A stretch of 32,024 nt of DNA from NCBI GenBank assembly GCA_016930515.1, contig JAFGGO010000086.1, positions 1 through 32,024 of the forward strand, in the 5' to 3' direction. The notes under the pieces are model-generated. The model worked only from the letters and a program-made list of their open reading frames with translations, was not told the DNA's origin and made no database searches. Both the position numbers and the translations under genes were made by a program. Below, one piece after another: positions 20,246 through 28,162 of the stretch. The stretch's first letter is position 1; each line of letters starts with the position of its first letter. This stretch comes from Promethearchaeota archaeon (GTDB lineage Archaea > Asgardarchaeota > Lokiarchaeia > Sigyniarchaeales > SOKP01).

Positions 20246-20438
20246 CTTAATTAGTTCATTTAAATTATGAGGTTTACTAAAAGGATCTAAATAATTAGTA
20301 ATTATCAGTGAAGAATGCTTAATATATAAATATGATTTAAAGAGAATCGCTATTTTAATCATTAAATTCGAACACTATTTTGATTATAGATGTTAAAACA
20401 ATGGCAAGAAGAGAAAAAAAAAGGGAAAATTTACGCTT

Positions 20439-20597
20439 TTATTTTTTTTTCATGGGTTTACCACAACAATTAAACCCTTCTTCAGAGCAAGCCGCGTCAT
20501 CTTCTCCACAACCACACGCTTTCGTTATGGTCATTTCAAGACCACAATGCTCACATACTATAACATCTCCATCTTTCAAATTATTGCAACTACTCAT
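20439..20597 (-). CDS. 52-aa Cys-rich desulforedoxin-like metal-binding protein
   Basis: Manual translation MSSCNNLKDGDVIVCEHCGLEMTITKACGCGEDDAACSEEGFNCCGKPMKKK*; SD-like AAGTGA 6 nt upstream; CxxC...CCGKPM. Confidence 0.8.
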   Translation of the reverse strand: MSSCNNLKDGDVIVCEHCGLEMTITKACGCGEDDAACSEEGFNCCGKPMKKK

Positions 20598-20760
20598 TTA
20601 AAATCACTTTATATTGATTAAAGGATAATTATTCTATCAATTTATAAACATTTTCATAATAAAATAAATACAAAAATTAAAACCAAATCTCAATACTTTC
20701 TCGTTATTTTTATAAAGTATAAAATAAAACTATTTTACCTCGCGTCTCTTGTTAATTTTC

Positions 20761-21060
20761 ATGACACCTGCAAAATTCAAGATAATAACGAAAGAATATT
20801 GCCCGCACAGCAAGATGCTCAAGGAATGGCTCTCGGACAAGAGTATCTATTGGGAGGAAATCGATTACATGGACCCCTTGCTCGAAGCATCGGTGTTGAA
20901 AGACGACGAGTTTACCTCTAATTATTGCGAGATTGGAGGATGTGTGGAAAACACGCCAATTATCGTAAAAAACGGGAAAGAATATTATTACAGCGAAATT
21001 TGGAACGAGGGCATGCAATCCATCAACGAAGAAAAAGCACTGAAAGTGTTCGATCTCTAG
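20761..21060 (+). CDS. Glutaredoxin/NrdH-like thioredoxin-fold protein (CPHS)
   Basis: IITKEYCPHSKMLKEWL...WEEID...TPIIVKNGK (cis-Pro motif). Confidence 0.7.
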   Translation: MTPAKFKIITKEYCPHSKMLKEWLSDKSIYWEEIDYMDPLLEASVLKDDEFTSNYCEIGGCVENTPIIVKNGKEYYYSEIWNEGMQSINEEKALKVFDL

Positions 21061-21177
21061 TAATAGTTGTGGTTTAGGAGGGAATATCTCTCTTTCACTT
21101 TTTTACCGCTTTGATTTATAAATACAATTTGATTACTTAATTTATTTAATTTAATATTTAATGGAGATGGTGATATT

Positions 21178-21498
21178 ATGGTTAAATGTCCATATTGTGA
21201 GGCGGAACTTGATTTAAACCTGTCTATTCGACCAGTTACTATCGACCAAAATTTCAAAAACGGAGTTCTCGAAGCTATGCAATTCTTTTTTGAAGTCCAA
21301 TCAGAAATAACGCCTTTTGGGGGATTTGTAAAAAGTTTCATGAAAATGGGATTGCGATTCATAGATAGGTATCTTGAAAGGATTGGAGCCTTACCTACTG
21401 TGTTAATATCGTGCAAAAATTGCGATAAGGTAATAAGCGGGTCTTTATTCCATTCTTCAGACTTTTCAGGAGGAGTGGGTGGTGGATCTGGTAAATAA
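21178..21498 (+). CDS. Small zinc-ribbon protein with helical insertion
   Basis: CPYC at the N-terminus and CKNC near the C-terminus; SD GGTGA upstream. Confidence 0.65.
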   Translation: MVKCPYCEAELDLNLSIRPVTIDQNFKNGVLEAMQFFFEVQSEITPFGGFVKSFMKMGLRFIDRYLERIGALPTVLISCKNCDKVISGSLFHSSDFSGGVGGGSGK

Positions 21499-21563
21499 AA
21501 GGAAATTCGATAAATTAAAGAGTTTTAATTTTATTATTTATTTTTTTTAATATTAATATAGAT

Positions 21564-22184
21564 TTAATTTTGGCCTATTAGCATCCACATTGTATGATAT
21601 TTCAAGTCTTTAGAATAATTTTTATGAAAGAATTCAAATTGGTTGATAAGTGTCAAGAAATGAAAGTCCTTTTTCAATTCCTCTTCAGAGGAAAAATGAA
21701 TGAAATACTCGCTTTGAAACGAGTTTATATCACCTTTCACGGGATTTCCCTTTCCATAATATTGCCTATCGCTTGAAGAAAGAGTACTCAAGATAAAAAA
21801 TCCATTTGCTTTTAGAATTTTCCTGATCTTTAAGATAAACGATTTTCTCTCGGTTATAGGAAAGAAATGATAAACACCTGAAATAAAGATAATATCGTAT
21901 TGGGTATCGTCTAAATCCTTCCAATCCATGCGTTCAATCTTGATGTTTTCTTGAGTTTTGTTAAGTCTTTTTGCGTTTTCTACGGCTTTTAACGAACTAT
22001 CAATTCCATGCACGATGAGATTATCCAAGTTTGAACTTAAAAATTTAATATCGCGTCCATTGCCGCATCCAATGTCCAGAAGGGTATATCTATTAGATTT
22101 AATCAATTTTTTTTTTAAGAATTTTAAAGTCTCTTTCGCGACTATACTAACCTTATCTTCCCCACTTGGAAAATTTTTATCCAT
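21564..22184 (-). CDS. Class I SAM-dependent methyltransferase
   Basis: LLDIGCGNGRD, GIDSS, YDIIF and ILKANG motifs. Confidence 0.9.
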   Translation of the reverse strand: MDKNFPSGEDKVSIVAKETLKFLKKKLIKSNRYTLLDIGCGNGRDIKFLSSNLDNLIVHGIDSSLKAVENAKRLNKTQENIKIERMDWKDLDDTQYDIIFISGVYHFFPITERKSFILKIRKILKANGFFILSTLSSSDRQYYGKGNPVKGDINSFQSEYFIHFSSEEELKKDFHFLTLINQFEFFHKNYSKDLKYHTMWMLIGQN

Positions 22185-22246
22185 ACAATGATTTAATCAA
22201 TAGAACATTTAAAGAATTTTTTAAAATTCCATTTTACTATTTGTTT

Positions 22247-22606
22247 CTATTTAAAATCGGATTTTTGCACTTTTTCTCTGGCAAATAAAGATTTGAGATA
22301 ATCGGTTACAAATTGAAGCCTTTTTTCAAATGGTAAAGAATCATCTAATACCATTTTTCTCATGAGCGCTTGATATTTACCCTCTACTTTTTCGATTAGC
22401 GTGTTGTTTTCGGATTGAATGATTCGAATTTTGGGTTGTTTTTGGATGAAATCAATCAGTTTTAACCATTTCTCCGCGTCATTGGGATTTATGCCTATTT
22501 CTTTCAACCTGCTCTTTGGAAAAACATCTTGTTGGCTATCGATAAACTTAAAAATTGCTTCAATTCGTTCTTGGATGGTTCTTCTTTTAGGTTTTTTGCT
22601 CGACAT
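22247..22606 (-). CDS. Putative winged-helix DNA-binding protein
   Basis: Basic N-terminus and HTH-like KSRLKEIGINPNDAEKWLKLI followed by a beta-hairpin; divergent from the EutA-fusion gene. Confidence 0.5.
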   Translation of the reverse strand: MSSKKPKRRTIQERIEAIFKFIDSQQDVFPKSRLKEIGINPNDAEKWLKLIDFIQKQPKIRIIQSENNTLIEKVEGKYQALMRKMVLDDSLPFEKRLQFVTDYLKSLFAREKVQKSDFK

Positions 22607-22659
22607 TATTTTTTAATCCTAAATTATTATTGTGTTTTTAATATATAAGCTTTGGTACG

Positions 22660-22683
22660 TTATTGGATCTTGAGATCTAATAA
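22660..22683. promoter_or_regulatory. Palindromic putative operator between divergent genes
   Basis: TTATTGGATCT-TG-AGATCTAATAA: 11-bp arms with one mismatch, flanked by TATA-like tracts (about 22641-22648 and 22691-22697). Confidence 0.5.
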
Positions 22684-22792
22684 ACAAAGGTTTTTAAGAT
22701 CACATTTTATTGTAAATATTGTGAGTTATGAATGATTAGAATTTTAAAACGGGATATATCACTTACCTTGATCGGAAATTGAAGGAAAGAAC

Positions 22793-25288
22793 ATGAATAA
22801 TAAAGAAAGAATGGCATCTATTAGCATAAACATTGATTCGCAGAAAAATGCTTTAATTTATTACGTGCGAGAGGTGCTTGGGAAGGAGAATCCAAACGAA
22901 ATTGATTCACTAGAGAAGAAATTTACAGAGAAATACAATACACTGCTTGAACAAAACATTCACGAAGACATGGTTGATCTCGAAAAGTTTTATCAATTAA
23001 TCCGCTTTTTTAAACCAGCTTTATCGGAAATATTAAAACCAGGAAAAAGTTTCGATATGGCATGCGATCTTGCCTTGCAGAGTTTTAATGTGCCCCTAAA
23101 TCGAATTCGCCAGCAAATCAATGCGGACTATCAAACTACAAGTCAACGCACGAAAACTGGTCCAATCCTTCCGGGAACAAATAAATCACTGACGATAAGT
23201 TTCGTTTGTGCATCTTGTAAGGAAGAAATTGAGATCCCACAAGTGTTACAAAATAAAATATTGAACGGTCTTGAGAATTTTGAAAGACCTATTCACCACG
23301 GAAACCCCATGGAAATTAAGATCTCTCGAATCGTTCGGGATACATCTGAAGACCAATCAGTGAAAAAGATCGAAAAAATTGAGATCCCACCTGCGGAACT
23401 TTTAATGGGTCACATGAACACTTCTGAGCGAAATGTGGAATATTTAAAATTAATAAGCGTCGGAATTGATATAGGTTCTTCCACATCGCATTTAGTATTT
23501 TCCCGCTTGACGTTACAAAGAGAGAGAAGTTTTTTTAACATGACTAATCGGTTTAATTTAATCAATCGAGAAATTATCTACAAGGGAAGCATCCTGATGA
23601 CACCTTTATTAAGCAAAGAAGACATAGATATAGAAGCCGTGATTGAATTTTGCAAGAAAGAATACGAAAACGCTGGTATGACTCCAGAACAAGTCGACAC
23701 GGGTGCAGTTATCGTGACAGGAGAGACTGCCAAAAAACAAAATGCAGATCTTATAGTAGAAAGGTTATCGTCTGAAACAGGAAAGTTTGTAAGCGCTACT
23801 GCAGGTCCAAATTTCGAATCGTTATTAGGAATAATGGGAAGTGGCATGGTAAAATATTCGTCAGAAACCCAGAAGACCGTCATGAATGTCGATGTAGGAG
23901 GCGGAACAAGTAATTTGGCCATTGCTTCAAATGGAGTCGTGCATAGTTGTTCGTGTATTAATATCGGGGGGAGGCTGTTAGGGATAGATAACGACTTTAA
24001 AATCTGGAGAATTGATGGTCCTTGCGAATTCTTAATGAAAGAATTGAATATGAACTATAGGATTGGTGATATAATCCCAGAAGTAGATGTAAAAAAAATT
24101 GCTCACGAATTTGCTAAAGCTCTAGTTGAAGTAATGCAAGGTCCTGCCACGAGTAAAATAGCAAAATGGTTAATGATGACCGCTGATTTGGATGTTTCGA
24201 TCCCCGTTAATGAATATTCGTTTTCAGGGGGGGTTGCTGAATTTATATATTCTACGGAATATTCGTCAATATTTTACAACGATATTGGAAAATACCTTGC
24301 CGACGAAATAAAAGCGCTTGTAAGCACCCTTGAACTCCCAATTATAGAACCCGTTAATAAAATAAGAGCAACGGTGATTGGCGCAGGATCCTTTTCCTTA
24401 TCTGTATCCGGATCCACATGTTATTACGATGAAAACATCCCACTTCCTATAAAAAATGTACCTGTTATCACGATTCCGTTTAAATTAAACGATTTGACCA
24501 AAAATAAAGACGCTTTAAAAAATCAAATCGACTTAACATTAAAAACATTTGACATGGAAGAAGGAAAGGATCTTTACGCTCTTTATTTCAAGGAATTGAT
24601 AAGACCAACTCCAGAGTTCATCGAAGCGCTTGCGAACGCACTACCAAATTCAATCGCGAAAAAGTCCTTGATCATTATCATACTCAGATTCGACGGCGCA
24701 AAAGTTTTAGGTCTTGCTTTAAAAAAAAACACACAATTACGAGAAAATCTTTTTTGTTTGGACGAATTAGAATTAGAAACAGGAGATTGGATTGATATTG
24801 GTGCCGCACTCAAGCATAAAGACGCCTTCCCAGTTACAATAAAGAGCTTAGTATTTAATCAAAACAAACCATTTATTCAAACCGAACAAGATAAATTAGA
24901 TATTGATAAAACTCTTAATGCGTTTGAAGATTTTCAACAAAATCACGAGGGATACGAGAAATTATTGATTTTAAATTCAAAGGGAGAAATCGAGTTATCC
25001 TCAGATCCAAATTTCTGTACTGCTGAAGAAGCAAGAAATTTATTAAGTGCTTGGAAGGAACATAAAGCATTTTTTACAATTGGAGATAATCGATATCCAA
25101 TATTGAGTTCTGAAGAGCTTCAATTTGCCGCAGGGAGCAACCAATCGAATGGATACATAGTAGGATCAAAAACTAAAAATAATCGATATGCACTAGTAAA
25201 TATTACCAAGGGACCCATATTAATGAGACCTAACATTGCAAGAGTTGCGGCAATTGATGTAAATAAATGGTCGTGGGATTTGATTTAA
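22793..25288 (+). CDS. Multidomain protein: helical and metal-binding N-terminus, EutA-type reactivase (ASKHA/actin-like ATPase), C-terminal profilin-like domain
   Basis: EutA motifs SVGIDIGSSTSHLVFSRL, TPL, DTGAVIVTGETAKKQNA, FVSATAGPNFES, NVDVGGGTSN, IGGRL, FSGGVAE, IRATVIGAG, GDWIDIG and PVTIKSLVF, followed by about 140 extra residues. Confidence 0.85.
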   Translation: MNNKERMASISINIDSQKNALIYYVREVLGKENPNEIDSLEKKFTEKYNTLLEQNIHEDMVDLEKFYQLIRFFKPALSEILKPGKSFDMACDLALQSFNVPLNRIRQQINADYQTTSQRTKTGPILPGTNKSLTISFVCASCKEEIEIPQVLQNKILNGLENFERPIHHGNPMEIKISRIVRDTSEDQSVKKIEKIEIPPAELLMGHMNTSERNVEYLKLISVGIDIGSSTSHLVFSRLTLQRERSFFNMTNRFNLINREIIYKGSILMTPLLSKEDIDIEAVIEFCKKEYENAGMTPEQVDTGAVIVTGETAKKQNADLIVERLSSETGKFVSATAGPNFESLLGIMGSGMVKYSSETQKTVMNVDVGGGTSNLAIASNGVVHSCSCINIGGRLLGIDNDFKIWRIDGPCEFLMKELNMNYRIGDIIPEVDVKKIAHEFAKALVEVMQGPATSKIAKWLMMTADLDVSIPVNEYSFSGGVAEFIYSTEYSSIFYNDIGKYLADEIKALVSTLELPIIEPVNKIRATVIGAGSFSLSVSGSTCYYDENIPLPIKNVPVITIPFKLNDLTKNKDALKNQIDLTLKTFDMEEGKDLYALYFKELIRPTPEFIEALANALPNSIAKKSLIIIILRFDGAKVLGLALKKNTQLRENLFCLDELELETGDWIDIGAALKHKDAFPVTIKSLVFNQNKPFIQTEQDKLDIDKTLNAFEDFQQNHEGYEKLLILNSKGEIELSSDPNFCTAEEARNLLSAWKEHKAFFTIGDNRYPILSSEELQFAAGSNQSNGYIVGSKTKNNRYALVNITKGPILMRPNIARVAAIDVNKWSWDLI

Positions 25289-25501
25289 GCTTTTTTTTAT
25301 TGATATTGTTTTTTCACTAGATTTTACCCATAACAAGCAAAGTGGTTTGTGCCACGCTTACAACAGCATTACCTTTATCATCGCCACTTGGAAAGGAAAT
25401 TATATAAATTTAATACTAACATTAAATAAATAATTTTAAAAAAATTGATAATTGTCTTTCTAAGCGATTTAAATATAATTTTCTTCAAAAAGGAATGTAC
25501 A

Positions 25502-26395
25502 ATGAACGATCAAAATATAAAAAAAAATATTTTTAGCCGAGAAAAGTTAATCAAGAAAGGTAAACGGATGAAACGCTTGGTTTCGCTTGTAATGAAGCTA
25601 GGACTTTTAAAAAGCAAGAAAATAGGTACTGAGCGTTTTGTCGAAATGTCTTACGGAAAGATAAGGGTGTTGGAATATGGGTTTGACGATCCCAAGATTT
25701 CACCGCTATTTATAGACATGCACGGAGGAGGATTCATTTTCTTATCAGCGGATTTTGACGAACCCATAAATCTTTTTTTCAGAGAAAAAACTAACATCAA
25801 AATCGTTAGCATTGATTATCCACTAGCACCAGAAAGCCCATATCCCATCGCAGTCGAAGCGGTTTACGAGGTAGTCGAACATTACGTGAATAATGCCGCA
25901 ATATTTAAATGTGATCCTAATCGTGTTGGAATCGGTGGGCACAGTGCGGGAGCCAATTTAGCAACGGTTACTTGCATTCGGGCAAAGGAGAAGGACGGTC
26001 CAACCTTTAAATTTCAAATTTTGGACTTCCCACCTTTAGACCTACACACCAACCCGTTTCAGAAGCCGCGACCCAAGAAAGCCATGTCGCCAAAGATGGC
26101 TGCAGCTTACAACGCTTGTTATACGGATTTTGAGACCGCAAAATCACCTCATGTTTCCCCAGTTTTTGCGACTACGGAACAATTATTAGGACTTCCCCCC
26201 GCCTTGATCATCGTGGCAGGTCACGACCTGCTTCACGACGAAGGAGTCTTATATTACCAGATGCTCAAAAAGGCTAGAGTTCCTGTAGAGCTCCACGATT
26301 TCCCTAACGCTAAGCATGGTTTTGCATATAAAAAAAATTCTGATGCAAAGAAAGCACAGGAATTTATGGCAGATTTCATCAAAAATAATATATAA
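25502..26395 (+). CDS. Alpha/beta hydrolase, hormone-sensitive lipase (family IV esterase) type
   Basis: HGGGF, DYPLAPE, GHSAG nucleophile, DLLHDE and HGF motifs. ATG at 25502 preferred. Confidence 0.92.
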   Translation: MNDQNIKKNIFSREKLIKKGKRMKRLVSLVMKLGLLKSKKIGTERFVEMSYGKIRVLEYGFDDPKISPLFIDMHGGGFIFLSADFDEPINLFFREKTNIKIVSIDYPLAPESPYPIAVEAVYEVVEHYVNNAAIFKCDPNRVGIGGHSAGANLATVTCIRAKEKDGPTFKFQILDFPPLDLHTNPFQKPRPKKAMSPKMAAAYNACYTDFETAKSPHVSPVFATTEQLLGLPPALIIVAGHDLLHDEGVLYYQMLKKARVPVELHDFPNAKHGFAYKKNSDAKKAQEFMADFIKNNI

Positions 26396-26523
26396 TTCCC
26401 TTGTTTATCACACGGATGTTTCTTTATTAGAGAAAAAAATCGTCAATGTTTTAACAGCGGTTCATAAAAATTATTTGTATTGATTTTCTATATATATTAA
26501 CGAATTAAATGCTATATTAAACG

Positions 26524-27651
26524 ATGAATTTCGATTATAAATGCGTGGAATGTCGTGCGTGTGAGGAAAATTGTTCAATTTTTATTACTACGGGCAATAA
26601 TAGCCCAATGGAAAAATTAAAGATAATTGATGATTTACAAAACAAGATCAAGATTACTGACGACCAAATTCACACGATCTTTAATTGCAATAAATGCGAA
26701 GCGTGTCAAAATAGTTGTCCACAGCAAATACCCCTTATCAAGCTTTACGATTGGGCGCGTCACGAAATTCAAAGTTCCTATGGCTTGAGAAACGAAAAAC
26801 AATCTCGTTTGATTCAAAATATCGTGCTAACGGGTAATCCTTTTGGTAGCGAAGAGTCTCGTTTAAAAGGAATTTCGTTAGAATTATTGAATAAAACTAA
26901 AGACCAAGAAATCAAACGAGTTGAATCAAAAACATTGCTCCATCTCGGGTGCATGCTAGGATATAGACTTAATTCAATGCGAGACGATCTCCTTCAAATT
27001 TTTGATTTCCTAAATATAAATTATACCTTGCTTAAAAACGAAAATTGTTGCGGTTATTTTGTCTGGAACACCGGCGATCATGCGACTGCTAGAAAAATAA
27101 TCGGAAAAAACTCACAAGACTTTAACCAATTCGATAAGATTATCTGTGCATGTGCGGGTTGTTACACTTTTTTTAAAGAACACTATCCCAATAAAGAGAA
27201 ATTTTTTCATTGCATTGAAATCATTGACGAGAATTTAACGAGGCTGAAACAAGAGGGTAAATTACATGCTAAACCTTTGAATAATACGGTCGATAAAGCA
27301 ATCTTATTTCACGATTCGTGTCACCTCACGAGACCACACAAAATTATTGATGCCCCACGCAGGGTCATGAAATCAATTGGAATTAAATACAAGAACTTTG
27401 CTCGTCATGGAGAAAATTCATTATGCTGTGGGGCGGACGGCGGGTTGAGAATGATTAATCCAGATTTAGCGATAAAGATAGGACTGGAGAGAGTTAAAGA
27501 GGCTAAAAAAGTGAATTCTGATGGAATCATAACCTTATGTCCCTTCTGTATTTTTAATTTTCGGGACGCTACTTCCGAAGAAGACGCAATAGAAGTTCAA
27601 AGCCTTTATCATCATATACGGAATTATGTGGAATTAATCGAGAAATCTTAA
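26524..27651 (+). CDS. HdrD/GlpC-like Fe-S oxidoreductase (two [4Fe-4S] motifs plus two CCG domains)
   Basis: CVECRACEENC, CNKCEACQNSCP, GC, ENCCG, CAGC, HDSCH, LCCGADGG and CPFC motifs. Confidence 0.9.
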   Translation: MNFDYKCVECRACEENCSIFITTGNNSPMEKLKIIDDLQNKIKITDDQIHTIFNCNKCEACQNSCPQQIPLIKLYDWARHEIQSSYGLRNEKQSRLIQNIVLTGNPFGSEESRLKGISLELLNKTKDQEIKRVESKTLLHLGCMLGYRLNSMRDDLLQIFDFLNINYTLLKNENCCGYFVWNTGDHATARKIIGKNSQDFNQFDKIICACAGCYTFFKEHYPNKEKFFHCIEIIDENLTRLKQEGKLHAKPLNNTVDKAILFHDSCHLTRPHKIIDAPRRVMKSIGIKYKNFARHGENSLCCGADGGLRMINPDLAIKIGLERVKEAKKVNSDGIITLCPFCIFNFRDATSEEDAIEVQSLYHHIRNYVELIEKS

Positions 27652-28162
27652 TAAAAGTTCTTTTTATGATTCATTTGTCTTAAAACTGGTTTGTTTAAAA
27701 TTTTCTCGAACAAATAAATATATCAGATAATCAATTATGTGCTAAAGTCTTTCTTCTCGAAAAAAGTTTAAGAAAAGTAAGTTGAAAAACGATGAATTTC
27801 AATAAAAATTTATCTATTTACTATCTCCATATCACTTAAATTTTATTCTTTAGTATATTGAGATTTTAATGATTTACTTATTGTGCGGATTATAACCTTT
27901 AAAAATCCCTGTATAGCTGTTTCTGGAAATTTCAACATTTATCTTATAATTGCCCGTTAAAGGCTGAAAGCCGGCACATGTTCCCATTTTTATCTGTTAT
28001 TCATATAACACATTTTATAAGCTCTATTCTCATATTTGAGCATGCATTTCTGCATTTCTTGTGGTAAAAATACATGAGAAATATAAATAATGCTAGATAA
28101 TGCTTGCAATCATACAAAAAGTCAAGTGTAAGGTTAAAAAAAGAATATAGCCCGAGATCTAT

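Noticed and set aside
20380-20601. 73-aa plus-strand ORF
   Set aside because: Antisense to the better-supported Cys-rich 52-aa gene.
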